Shown here: piece after piece, positions 52,501-64,000 of the stretch
Position numbering within the stretch: the stretch's first letter is position 1
Layout: each line of letters starts with the position of its first letter
Assembly: GCF_052425735.1 (NCBI RefSeq)
Contig: NC_135764.1
Span: forward strand, 27,280,001-27,344,000
DNA: 64,000 nt
Origin: Oculina patagonica
Taxonomy: Eukaryota
Reading direction: 5' to 3'
Program-made: the position numbers and the translations under genes
Notes under the pieces: generated by a model
What the model was told of the DNA's origin: nothing
The model's input: the letters and a program-made list of their open reading frames with translations, nothing else
Databases searched by the model: none

Positions 52501-53295
52501 ACTGTCATCTTTCAGTAAGGTGTTATTGAACTTCCAGAATCCTGGTCCCCTTGGAGAATTGTTTGGTAATGAAAAACAAAGAAAAACTGTTTTATGATCT
52601 GGTGCTATTGAATTAGTAATTCCGATGCTTTTAACATGTTTTGTCAAGTTCTTTGCAATTAAAATAAAATCCAATCTAGATTTGACGTTTAATGCTTTGG
52701 ATACATATGAATATATATTCAAATTGGGGTGATGAACTCTTTGTATATCTATTAGATCAAAAATTTCCATTGTCATAAGAAGAAGCTGACTGAAATGTGA
52801 TGGTTTCCATGGTGTTCCGCCTTTTTTGTCTTTTTTTGATAGCGTGCAATTCCAGTCACCTCCAACAACAAGGTTTGTCAATTCCGATTTGTCGATAATA
52901 CAATTATTAAGCTCTTGTATAAATTCTAGTTGTTCGGATGGATTATTTGGTGCGTAAATATTACAGAATGACATTTTTAAACCATTGATATTGACTGTAA
53001 TGAGAGTAATTCTTCCTGTTTTGTCACTAAATGAGCAGTCTACCCTATAATTAGTCGATGGATCTATTAATATGCAAGTGCCTTTGCTATGTCGGGACCC
53101 ATGGGAAAAATACATTTTGCCTCCCCATTCGTTTTGCCAAGTTGTTTCGTCATTTAGTTCAGAATACGTTTCTTGGAGAAAATAAATACTTGCTTTCTGA
53201 TCTTTTAAATATGTAAAGATGCTCCTTCTTTTAGTTTGATCGCGTATTCCCCTTACGTTTAGTGAAATTACTTTACACCTTGAATTGTTTTGCAT
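49564..53295 (-). pseudogene. LINE ORF2 (APE endonuclease-RT-zinc knuckle) interrupted by one in-frame TGA at 50746-50748
   Basis: SLNVRG, LQET, GGDWN, SRLD, PDH (EN); PGEDG, WRPITLLN, LDFKKAFD, QGCPLSP, FADD (RT); CLYC..EH..HC. The two ORF halves are in the same frame: FL*NQKKDKIKR, where W is expected at the stop. Confidence 0.9.
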
Positions 53296-53494
53296 TTGAA
53301 TGTAATTGTAGAAAAAGAAATCACGCAAAAATAAAACCAAAAACAAACACTTATGAATACAAAAAGTAAACTAACGAAAAAATAAACGGAGATAAAGCTT
53401 TCGCTTCGCCTTCTCAGTCCTCTTAGAGACTTCCCTCGTGTTTAGACTATGTATGTAATAAATGTAATTCAACCTGCCAGCAACGCTTATCTAC

Positions 53495-54355
53495 TTAAAG
53501 TTCATCTAAATCATCTTCTGTATTAATTCGTAACGGCCTACCCTCAGGTGAAGTCTTGACAAAGATTTTCCCGTCTACAGTCCACACTCCTTTCAAAATT
53601 CCATCTTGCTTCATGTCGTTCGCCATTCGCACCAGGTTTCGGCGATGCGCCGTCAAATTTTCATTGATGAAGATTCGGTTCGAGGATGGTCTTGCCGTTG
53701 CCGGAGCACTTGGGAACAGCTGCGAACCGCTGATATTCTTTAGTTTAACTCGTTGCTTGTAGAGTGCCCTCTTCACCTTATGGCTTATAAATCTCACTAT
53801 GATAGGATTCGACTTTTTCCGTTTAATCCTGTGACAGATGTCGATATCTTCTCGCTTCACGTCGACGTTCAAGACCTGTGCGACCTTCAAAACCGCTTCC
53901 TCGTCGTCACAAATATTTTCTGGAATACCTTCAATCTCTAGAGAGTTTTTCCTTGTGTACTGTTCTAACGCGTCCATATTTTCATAAAGATCGTCATTTT
54001 CGACTTCAAGTTCTTTGACTCGATTCTTAGTCGCTTGCAATTCGGTTTTGAGCTGTGCGTTGTACTTGAGTGCTGCGTTCAATGATTCCTTAGCAGTTTT
54101 TAGTTCCGATTCCTGTTGCTTGAAAGAGGTTTTTAATTCTGCAACTTCCCTAGAAAGGTTGTTCATTGACTTCTGGATATCTTTTAGTAATGCGTGGATG
54201 TCCGCTAGGTCTGGTTGGACGTCCTCGCGCTCCTCTGAGTCTTCAGGCTCGAAATCGGCGGACGCCATGTTAACTCGTTTTGGTTCTGCAGTTTCGTCGT
54301 CCGTGGATCCTCTTTCACCACGTTTGTTCTTACGGCCTGACTTTACAGGAGGCAT
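53495..54355 (-). CDS. LINE ORF1 protein (coiled coil + RRM-like + FP25K-like C-terminal domain)
   Basis: Heptad region, LEQYTRKNSLEIEGIPE, IDICHR, PIIVRF, IFINENLT and VWTVDGKIFVK. Confidence 0.88.
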   Translation of the reverse strand: MPPVKSGRKNKRGERGSTDDETAEPKRVNMASADFEPEDSEEREDVQPDLADIHALLKDIQKSMNNLSREVAELKTSFKQQESELKTAKESLNAALKYNAQLKTELQATKNRVKELEVENDDLYENMDALEQYTRKNSLEIEGIPENICDDEEAVLKVAQVLNVDVKREDIDICHRIKRKKSNPIIVRFISHKVKRALYKQRVKLKNISGSQLFPSAPATARPSSNRIFINENLTAHRRNLVRMANDMKQDGILKGVWTVDGKIFVKTSPEGRPLRINTEDDLDEL

Positions 54356-55602
54356 ATTTTTTGAACAATTTTCATGCTGTAGATAGGTTTTTTCGTCTGA
54401 AATTGAGTAATTCGAGGGAAGAGGTCTCCCTTCACAGAAAAACGTGGCCGTCTTCGGCCAGTCCGCGCATGCTCTCTCTATTGCTTATGTCATTACAGTA
54501 TCCGCTCTATCAAGCTCCATGCAAAAGAACCGTACAAAACACGATACCAATCTAAGGTAAAGCGATCTTGTTTTAAGAATCTGATCGGTTTTTGGTGAAA
54601 TTATAAACTGGCGCAACGCAAATAGTCTGTTAACACTGAGAGTAAAACATTAAATGTAGTTATTGCGAATGTTAAAGATGAATTACAGTCCGTACTGCGC
54701 AATCTCGGCTGCAATGTTTATGTGAGCCTCACAAACAAAACAAAACTAAAAATTACGTGACAAACTTACCTGTTTCTTCATTATTAACGCCAGATATCCT
54801 TGCAGAACAAATAATAACAAGTAGAAGAACCTTGACGCTATTTCAAACTGACGTTTCAGCTCATCGGAAATTCTTGAACGATGCGAACTGTAATGGCGGA
54901 CTAAAAAACTTCATGTATGCTGTCAACGAAGTGTAACGTTTCAACGAATTCAAAACAAAAACGAAAACAAACCCCGAGTCTGCGCAATACGGACTGGAAA
55001 TCAGCTTTAAGACAGAATCTGATCAACACCCTTGTAACTCTACAAAAAAAGTGGAATACTTTGTGTACGTTGTCAACCGCAATCGAAAAAACCAGAAATG
55101 CGAAAAAGATTAAACTATATGTATTAACAATGGATTAAGAATGACTTGTTTTTCAAATGTAAACACCACGTCACAATTTTGACTAACACGATTTCTTTAA
55201 ATGACAAAAGCCAATTGAAATAGAAGTTTTGAAGTCAATGGCAGGTTGTACGACAGGCGGTCAAACAAGTGTAGAAAACTTGAATTATAAAATTAAACAT
55301 TTTCTCAGTCAGAGACAGTGACGAATGACAACTGAACAAACACTGAGCTTTTTACAAACAAAACTGAATCAAAGACCCGATAATAAATTCAGATCTCTCT
55401 TCGGATGCGGGTTAAATGACCGCATTTCTTTCGGTTAGAGGTTAGTGATTCCTTGTAGCGTATTGTTTGGTTTTATGAACTGGTACAAGAGAAAACAGCC
55501 ATTGGATTTCTGCTGTGTTTCCCAGAAAAACAAACCATGCATGCACACAAGCAATAACTGTAGCTTTCGGGAAACATAATGAAGATGTATTCATCTGCTT
55601 AG

Positions 55603-55682
55603 TAGCCTGCGTGGCAGGCGTAAAAATTTTCTCTCTTCCCAACTCCCCCACCCTCCCCTTTCGACGCCTGCTACGCAGGCTA
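55603..55682. mobile_element. 80-bp MITE (TAGCCTGCG...CGCAGGCTA) with 9-bp TSD tctgcttag
   Basis: TSD at 55594-55602 and 55683-55691. Confidence 0.9.
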
Positions 55683-55972
55683 TCTGCTTAGCCAAGAAAT
55701 GTAAAGAAGATTTGTCAACTCGACGCGTAGCAGAAAATTTAAGGCAATCGATTGTTTGATATATCTGGCCGAATAGTCGAGGCAGACAAGAAGAAAGCCT
55801 TCGATGGGTCTTTCAAAGGTCCAACGTTGCTAACATAAACACAACCACAGGACGTTTTTTTTTACATAAGAAGCCAAGCACCTTCGCAACCGTCTCTTCT
55901 CCAAGAGACTGCTGCAAAATATCCATGATGCAATCCACGCGAAGGGCACGTTTCAGATAAACACCCCGTCAA

Positions 55973-57184
55973 ATGGCAGCAAAAACAATCAAGCATGAAC
56001 TAACGTCTCCGGTAGAAGCCGCAGGTGTTGAAGTTGTTTACACCAACGATGTCTTTGAGGCGGAAAGCTGGCTAAGGGCTCACATCGTAGAACGTTCAGC
56101 TAGGGTTGTTGGCTTCGATATCGAGTGGAAACCACAGTTTGTCAGCAAGAAAAAAGGCGGTACCGAAAATGAGACTGCCGTTCTTCAGTTAGGAGTTGAA
56201 ACATCTTGCTTAGTTTTACATATTTATCACATGAGTGAGTTGCCAAAGTCGCTCATTTCAATTCTAGGAGATGGAAATATCTTGAAAGTTGGAGTTGAAA
56301 TTAAGGAAGACGCATCAAAACTTAAAAGGCATAGAGGTTTGGTCTGCGAAGGAATGGTTGACATCCGAGTCATGGCGATGAAGTCCCTCGGTATTCCAGC
56401 AAAAGCGCCAAAAATGCCAAAATTAGGACTGAAAGCACTGACGAAACGCTTTCTTGATATCGAGCTCGAAAAAACAAAGAAAGTAGCGACAAGCAACTGG
56501 GAAAACTTTCCTCTACAGTTAAGGCAGATTGAATACGCTGCTCTGGATGCTTGGGTCGGAGTGAATATTTACCAAGCAATTAAACGTCAAGAGACCGAGA
56601 GAACATTTTCTGACGGTCACTGCGCTGCTCTCGATGCTTCTACCGGAGCGAATATTAACCAAGGAATTAAACGCCAAGAGATCCAGAGACCGTTCTATCA
56701 AGATCATAGTCTACGTAGCCGGCGGGACTCGCCGGATGCTTGGCCCGGAGCGAATATTAACCAAGGAATTAAACGCCAAGAGATCAAGAGACCGTTCTAT
56801 CAAGATCATAGTCTACGTAGCCGGCGGGATTCGTGACGGAGTGGTGCTCCGGATGCTTGGGTCGGAGTGAATATTAACCAAGGAATTAAACGCCAAGAGA
56901 TCCAGAGACCGTTTTATCAAGATAACCACGCTGCTCTTGATGCTTCTGCTGGAGCGAATTTTCAACAAGCCCAAGAGATCCAGAGACCATTTTATCGAGA
57001 TCAAGAGGCCGTGCCATCACAGTCTCAGCAGTCTCCTGTATTATTATTATTATATATTTGGTTTATACTTATCATTTGTTTTTTTGCGTTCAGCCTCAAA
57101 TTATTTCTTTTTTGTTGTTGTTTTATGTGGTTGCTGTTGTTTACGGTGGATAGGCGAAATGACTTGACCACACGCCGCACTTAG
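55973..57184 (+). CDS. WRN/EXD2-type DEDDy 3'-5' exonuclease, copy A; stop at 56834-56836 precedes an in-frame repeat + hydrophobic tail
   Basis: ExoI GFDIEW, AVLQL, ExoII KVGVEIKEDA, GLKAL, SNWENFPL..QIEYAALDAW (ExoIII). Intronless. The 56867-57184 ORF is in the same frame. Confidence 0.85.
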
Positions 57185-57545
57185 ACAAGCGACTATCATT
57201 TCAGTATATTGAACATGTTGATACTCTTGTTTCTAATCTTATGGGCAAGCTATGCATGATCAGTAGAGTGAGACATCCCTCTTAGTTATTTTAAACATGG
57301 TACCCAGTACTTTCGTGGATGTAAACGCGCGTTGCGTGGATGTTCTCGTGCGTTTTACTGGAGAATGCAATGACTAAAACATAGCGGGCGGCGGAGTTGT
57401 AAAGTGACGATATCTAGATTTCCACATGGACCATGCGATGTCCAAAAAATGGAAGATTGATTGTTTGAAGAAAACGTGGAAATACTGGGTACCATGTCTA
57501 AAAACAACTTGAGAGGGGTTACCTTTGGAATAAGGTCTAGATAAT

Positions 57546-58420
57546 GAGGGGCTAACGGTTTAACCGTTAGCTTTTTTTACGGCTAACGGTTAATTTATTT
57601 CCATTACGATAAACAAAAGTTAAATATTAATTTACATTGTTTTTAAAAGTTAAAAATTAATTCCCATTAATAAAGAACATATTTTAGGTCTTAGGTCATT
57701 CTGGGACGATGAAGTGATCAATTCTGTTTTATTTATAATTGTAAAATTAATTAATAATTCACGAGGGTGCAAACCAATCCCAGCACAGTATTCAGATCAC
57801 ATGTACACAGCTGTAAACCCCCATACAAATCAATCAATAGAATTAACTTTTGATACAAACTCCTGCTCAGCTAATTAGTATTCATAAACTTTTGATACAG
57901 ATCTCTACTGATTCGCATAACAATACTTTGCATTCAATTTATTGTTTTCATTTCACAAGTACAATAAAATATTCGCGTCCGATCTGTATGGGCGTTTAAA
58001 ATGGCTCGCCTATCGGCTCGCCATTGTAACTGCCCATACAGATCTCCCGCTCATATTTTATTTACTACTTACTGATCGACTTTTTACGGTTAACATAATA
58101 GGCCTTATGCATGATAACGTCATAAGCTCAAAATTCACCACCAAGCCTCGTTTACGCAAATTATTCTCAACCTTTCTCCACCTTCATGTAGTTTTCACGT
58201 GGGTATTCTTTTCATCCTTGCTGCTTTGGAAATTCGTTCACGATAAGATTTACAAGTTAACACTTCGAAAGCGAGGCTTGGTAGTGAAACTAGCCAGTCT
58301 GACGTAAACCTGCATAAGGGCTATTTACGGCTAACGGTTAAACTTTTCAGTCCAATTTTAACGCCTAACGGTTAAATTTTTGGCCGTTATACGGCTTACG
58401 GTTAACCCCACAGAGACCCT
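57546..58420. mobile_element. GAGGG...CCCTC MITE with taacggtt subterminal repeats and a nested small TIR element (~58099-58323)
   Basis: Terminal inverted motifs and repeated ctaacggtta; inner ccttatgca / tgcataagg pair. Confidence 0.5.
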
Positions 58421-60751
58421 CCAATATGGGGGATTCACTCTCTTACCCTTATTCTCTCTTGATTGTAATGAGAGGTTGGAAACCAAAAGCTGCCCTTGGG
58501 AGACCTTCGAACCCAGTCCCTGAGTGAAACAATGACCTCACAACAGTTTTCGTCAATAAATTTATTCTTCTCGCGACTCGAATTTTATATTTACATGATA
58601 TTTAGCACTTTTTCTTGAAATATTTACAACCAGCTGGGTTTTAAGACTATTTATACAGCTGGCAACAAAAATTATTGCCCTTATTTTTGCTCCATAGACA
58701 GATTCGTGTATCACTTCCGACGTCAACATAAAAAATTCATCACAACATGTTTTCTAAGCAACAACACGCGCAAAAAATTAGGGGACAAATTTGGGTAATT
58801 TGCACACGTAAGAATTAAATCCGTCTTAAGAGAACTGTGTCACGAATTTTAGCCAAATTAAAACATAGGAAATAGCCATCAAATTCGGTGAACATAAAAA
58901 TAACCGCTTGAAACAGTGAAGGAACATTTCAATTACACAGTAAATACAAAAGAAGGTACGGATGACAAAAAGTGAAGAAGATTGAAACGGATTGCGATAT
59001 TGAAATACTGTTGGGCTGAATAGTAGTCGCATTGGGTTGTAACGAAGCTATTTTTTGACATTTAGACCAATAGAAGTAATTTCTTTGCAAACATTACGTT
59101 TCATAGCGAGTATTTGGCAAAACGTAATAAAATAAACTCAGCTCAGCCGTGACACAGTCCCTTTAATCTTCCTCTGTCATAACCAGTCCTGGTTTATTTT
59201 CGGGTTACTGTGGTGTTTTCTACCTGAGAAAACTATTATTAACTCAAGACATGCAACAAGAAATGAACTGAGGACAGTAAAGAAAATTTGTATGTTGACA
59301 GCAGGGTCTAAACGGTTAACCAATAAGAAAACATTCACGTAAAAAGAAAGGAAATAAATATATGAGCAACTTTACAAAGACACGATGAACAAAATCGAGA
59401 TTCACTTCCAGTTAACCGAATCAGAGTTTTTCTTATGCCAATCTGTAATCCTGGTCAAACGTCTTGGAATACTTCGCCTTTTTGCCAACAAATGGTCAAT
59501 GTGTTCATCACCCCCACTGTCCTCCCCCCTCCTACCCCCACTATCCGCAACACAATATTAGCTAGACCGATCAAATCTAGACCCAGCATTAGTGTGTTTG
59601 GACAGGGGAGAGGTCGGAACATTGAATAATAGGGAGTTAAAGCAAATCGATACAGCTGGCTCTTCAAGGGCTAGTGGAGGTGAATTTCTCAGAATATGAG
59701 ACACTTTGCATCTCAGTGGGTTATGTTTAGCCGTAGCGTAAAAATTTGACACCATGAGTCGGGAGGTTTTGCTGCAGTGGATGGCACGTCGGGCTTGGCG
59801 GACCACCATGACGCTCTCTCCCCAAACCTCTTCAGCCACTGTAGCCGTAGATACGCCAAGCCGTGGCGATTTGCTTCTTCCCACATCAAAACAACAGCAA
59901 CGAACAACGGCGAGAGAACTGGACGCCAGCGCAAAACAGAAGAAGCAAGAGGATAGGGGGGGGGGGGGGATTTTTTTCGCTCGCTTTGCTCGCTTCCCGG
60001 CCCCCCTCCCCGAGCGCTCACTTCGTTTGCTTTTTCCTTGAAACATCGAGAGGCTGTGGACAGTCTATTTTGGTCAGGATTATAGATTCTTTGTACATAT
60101 TAACTTAAATATGCTATAAATTAGATTAACTGATGGACACCTCTGCTTGGCTGTCAATCACTGTCACTCCCAGATTCGCTTAGCTGAAGGTCTTCACCTG
60201 TAGACAAGAAAACACAGTGATTAGGATTCACTTTCTCCTTACAACATCGATACATAACCAAGCCTGTGGAGAATGAGAATTCGAAAGATAATCACCTGAA
60301 AGGGAAATTACCTTATAATGATATAGGAAAATCTCATTTGCATTTACTTTCAACACACTTAATTAATATCCGCGACCACAAAAACTAGTTTCGTCAGAAG
60401 ACCTCGTTATACTTTCTTGGTTTCGGCGAACAGAATTTCACAAAAGGGAAATTACCTTGATCGCTTTAAAAATTCTCATAACTAGAACTATAACAGTGTA
60501 TTCACACAACAAAAAACAGTCGTGAGGAAAGTTTAGGAGAATTCGAAGGTTACCGTTTAGAGAAGTTGTCACTTGAGTGTCGAAAGTAATTTGCAGTTGC
60601 TTCAGTTTTGCATTACTACGCTTAGTAATTGGTTTAAAAATTTCGCGCTTTGTGTACACTGTCTTTTTTTAAACAACCACAATCAAAGAAAGTAGAAATG
60701 CCAAAAAAATTGTGTGTGCTAACGATGGATTAAGAATAACTTGTTTTTTTT

Positions 60752-60782
<31 letters not shown>

Positions 60783-61266
60783 GTGAACACCACATCACAA
60801 TTCTGACTAACACGATTCCTTTAAAGGACAATAGCCAGTTGAAATGGAAGTTCTAAAGTCAATAGCACATTGTACGACAGGCCGTCAAACAAGTGTTAGA
60901 AAACTCGAATTGTTAAATCCAACATTTACTTAGTCTGAGACAATGACAAATAACAACTGACCAAACACTAAGCTCTGTACAAGCAAAACTGAAACAATGA
61001 CCCGATAATACATTCAGATCTCTCTCCGGATGCGGGTTAAATGACCGCCTTTTTTTGGTTAGAGATTAGTGATTCCTTGTAGCGTATTGTTTGGTCTTGT
61101 GAACTGGTACACGAGAAAACAACCATAGGTCTTCTGTAAATTATTAACTGTGCACGGAATCAGATGAAGATTCAAGACAAAGGTGCTACTTCAGTTGTCT
61201 GGCTAAACACCGCTCGGTAAAATAATTAACGAGCGTTCCACTACAGTAAATTGCTTGTTTATAGCG

Positions 61267-62586
61267 ATGTCTGATACCCAAGCAAGGCGACGAAGCCAAA
61301 CCGCAGTAGACGCCTCGGATAATGAACACTACAGAGGAGAAAATACCTCATCGCCGGGTTGGACAACCTCCTATGAGTACAGTGAAGACTCTAGTCGCAA
61401 AACACGGCTATTATCAACCGTTCCATTGTCACGCCGGAACGAAGATCACTGCAACTCTAGATCGTGTGGCTATGTTAAAAATGGTTCTTATCCTAAGACT
61501 CGAGTTCCCTTCTCACTTTGGGAAGAAGACTGTCGTACGGGCCTTCCATTATGGGTTAGAGAAAAACCTTTTGGCTCATCCTATGTGAATCAAGCGCCCC
61601 TTCGTGAGAGACAAAGCGAAAGCCGTCGAACATGCTTCGAGAGCTCTAACGAAAACACTTCACCGAGACGTGTACATGATGGACCAAGGCAAGCGCGTTC
61701 GCAGCTCCTTTTTCAAGACGTAAGGGCCAAAACTACCAACGACCGGATGGAAAACAAAAATCAACGATCTGATGTACCCGAAGAACGCCAGCTTTTGAGA
61801 AAAACACCCCGTTGTGTCAGGAGAACAGCAACGATGAGACATGAACTAGCAGATCCACCCGAAGCTATAGGTGTCAAGGTCCTTTACACCAACGATTTAC
61901 GTGAAGGAGAAAGGTGGCTGAGGAAACACATCGTGGAACGTTCAGCAAGGGCTGTTGGCTTTGACATGGAGTGGAAACCACAGTTCGACAGCAAGAAAAA
62001 TGGCGGTAGCGAAAATGAAACTGCCGTTCTTCAGTTAGGAGTTGAAACATCTTGCTTGGTGTTGCATGTTTATCACATGGGCGAGCTTCCTAAGTCGCTT
62101 TCGTCAATTCTAATAGACGAAAATATCTTGAAAGTTGGAAGCGACATTCAGCGAGACGCCTTAAAGATCGAACGCGATCGAGATTTGGTCTGCAAAGGAT
62201 TGGTCGACACCCAAGAGATGGCAAAGTCTTTCGGTCTACAGAAAGTAGGACTGAAAGCTCTAGCGAAACACTTTCTTGGTGTGGAGCTCGAGGACATGTG
62301 GTTTACCGACTGGGAGCACTTTCCTCTAGAGCTAAACGAGGTTGAATACGCTGCTCTTGATGCATGGGTTGGATTGAAAGTTTTCCAAGAAATGAAACGG
62401 CAACTCAGTTGTATGCAAGAACGAGATACGACAGCAGAAGCTCTTGATCAAGATCATTACATAGAATCTTTAAATGCATACAATCAAGAGATAGAAACAG
62501 AAACTTCTTTTGTCTATCATGTAGGGTTCATTTTTATTATTGTCTGTTTTTTGTTCCTTGCTTGTCGCTGCTTTGCTTTCCATTGA
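61267..62586 (+). CDS. WRN/EXD2-type DEDDy 3'-5' exonuclease, copy B, with disordered S/R-rich N-terminus and C-terminal TM helix
   Basis: GFDMEW, KVGSDIQRDA and EYAALDAW; ends VGFIFIIVCFLFLACRCFAFH. Intronless; probable ATG at 61267. Confidence 0.88.
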   Translation: MSDTQARRRSQTAVDASDNEHYRGENTSSPGWTTSYEYSEDSSRKTRLLSTVPLSRRNEDHCNSRSCGYVKNGSYPKTRVPFSLWEEDCRTGLPLWVREKPFGSSYVNQAPLRERQSESRRTCFESSNENTSPRRVHDGPRQARSQLLFQDVRAKTTNDRMENKNQRSDVPEERQLLRKTPRCVRRTATMRHELADPPEAIGVKVLYTNDLREGERWLRKHIVERSARAVGFDMEWKPQFDSKKNGGSENETAVLQLGVETSCLVLHVYHMGELPKSLSSILIDENILKVGSDIQRDALKIERDRDLVCKGLVDTQEMAKSFGLQKVGLKALAKHFLGVELEDMWFTDWEHFPLELNEVEYAALDAWVGLKVFQEMKRQLSCMQERDTTAEALDQDHYIESLNAYNQEIETETSFVYHVGFIFIIVCFLFLACRCFAFH

Positions 62587-63204
62587 CACTCCTACTTAAA
62601 AATCATTCCCGGAATTGTTGACGGAAATACCCGCCAGGCCTGTAAGTCATTAAAAAAACAAGGAAATTTTTCCCTCTCTTTCTCAACATAGTTAGACGCG
62701 TGCGATAACTGGAAAAGAAATTAGAGAACACCTCTGGCATCAAGATATTTACCCCGTCTAAGCTTGCGACAACCAACCTAATTCGTTCAGTAATAGGAAA
62801 TTCTATTGATACAATTGTTGTGGTTTGAATTTGTTTATAGTTTGAATTTTGTAAACCAGTTATCACTTATACATAATTCCTTCCTCTCAAACAAAGTGAA
62901 AGAAAATCAAACCAGATGAAATTGATTTCCAAAATCCAAAGCTAATTAAAATCCCATTCAAATGACATATTTATATGACATATACACTTGAATTTAACAA
63001 AGTATTTTAACTAATTCTTCTTGTGAACTGTCTGTGGGTGAAAGGTCATGAAAGATTTTGTTTCGTTGTTCACGTGATCAAACGAGTAAAACAGGTTCTG
63101 ATTAGTTTCCGGGAAAAAAGAATGTTATTTTTGTTTCGTTTCCTCAGAAACGATACGGTATTATTTTGGCTTCGATGTGAACTATTTACACAGTGGGGGC
63201 TACT

Positions 63205-63860
63205 ATCCAATCAGAAGAACGGTCGTAACCACAAAGTAAATACGTTTGACCGATGGCAATTAATTTCGTAAAAACATGTTCTTCAAATATCGGAAAGATA
63301 TTCCTCAGCATGATAAAAAAATATTGAGATTCGTTGCAAACAGAAATATCTGGCGACTGCAATGGTTTTAAGTTTGATAAAAGCGATGTATTGTAAGAAA
63401 ACTAGAGAAAGCTCTCGTAGCGTTTAATTGTTAAGTAAACATTCTAGCGATTTTCTGAAACGGAAGTAAATTTCCACCAATCAGTGTTTGAAAGCGCAAA
63501 CAAAAACGGGATGACTTGTCGTGTTTGCTCGCACGGGTGGCTGCTATCCAATCACAAGAACGGTCGTAACCACAAAGTAAATACGTATGACCGATGGCAA
63601 TTAATTTCGTAAAAACATGTTCTTTAAATATCGGAAATATAATATTATTCCTCAGCATGACCAAAAATATTGAGATTCGTTGCAAACAGAAACATCTAAC
63701 GACTGAAATTGTTTTAAGTTTGATTAAAGCGATGTATTGTAAGAAAACTAGAGAAAGCTGTCGTAGCGTTTAATATTATTCTGAAACGGAAGTAAATTTC
63801 CACCAACCAGTGTTTGCAAGCGCAAAGAAAAACGGGATGACTCGTGTTTGCTCGCACGGT
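63205..63860 (+). repeat. ~340-bp tandem direct duplication
   Basis: agaacggtcgtaaccacaaagtaaatacg...gctcgcacgg occurs twice. Confidence 0.8.
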
Positions 63861-64000
63861 AGAGCTTAAGTGCACTACAAAGAGAAGTGCATATTTACAG
63901 GCGAGTTACAAAGTTAATTTCACTTCATGTAACAGAGGAATGTATAAATGTGGGAAATTGCCCTATTCTATTTGTACAAGAAAATTCACGGCATCGTCGA

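Larger units (their letters stand above)
49283..54478 (-). mobile_element. Full-length L1/Tx1-clade non-LTR retrotransposon
   Basis: ORF1 and ORF2, poly(A) tail (T-run 49283-49329), 10-bp TSD tattgcttat at 49273-49282 and 54479-54488. Confidence 0.93.
47080..62600 (+). repeat. Tandem segmental duplication of the exonuclease locus
   Basis: 47080-48655 matches 58490-60265; 55060-55510 matches 60650-61130; each block is followed by a paralogous exonuclease ORF. Confidence 0.85.

Noticed and set aside
54769-54845. Minus-strand signal-peptide-like exon with a strong donor
   Set aside because: No ATG at the start of the hydrophobic stretch (ATAGCG), and the candidate next exon at ~48587 closes within a few codons.

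Overview
Eukaryotic (animal) genomic DNA, AT-rich, intron-containing and repeat-dense. The repeat families and domain combinations suggest a cnidarian, probably a stony coral (inference). Host genes: (1) a 4-exon secreted PAN-EGF-D8C (uromodulin/GP2-like) gene with a GC-AG intron; (2) a convergent CAP/SCP (GAPR-1-like) gene whose 29-nt last coding exon adds a CaaX prenylation box; (3) an intronless FAD-dependent oxidoreductase; (4) two tandem-duplicated intronless WRN/EXD2-type DEDDy 3'-5' exonucleases with C-terminal hydrophobic tails. One exonuclease copy has its ExoIII helix amplified into repeats and an in-frame UGA-CGG stop before the tail. The centre (25.6-38.4 kb) is a nested transposon. 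A decayed ISL2EU-like element (AT TSD; THAP/transposase plus SWIM-YqaJ-type remnants) contains a 9-bp-TSD MITE and an 8.5-kb element with perfect 79-bp repeat-built TIRs. That element encodes a spliced Mutator-like DDE transposase carrying UIM, SIM, NLS, a GCM/WRKY-like zinc finger, a MEKK1/ZSWIM2-type SWIM and a C-terminal zinc finger. Also present: a full-length L1/Tx1 LINE with one nonsense codon, a triplicated RTE 3' end, CORE- and V-type SINEs, a P-like foldback element, many MITEs, and a 500-N assembly gap.
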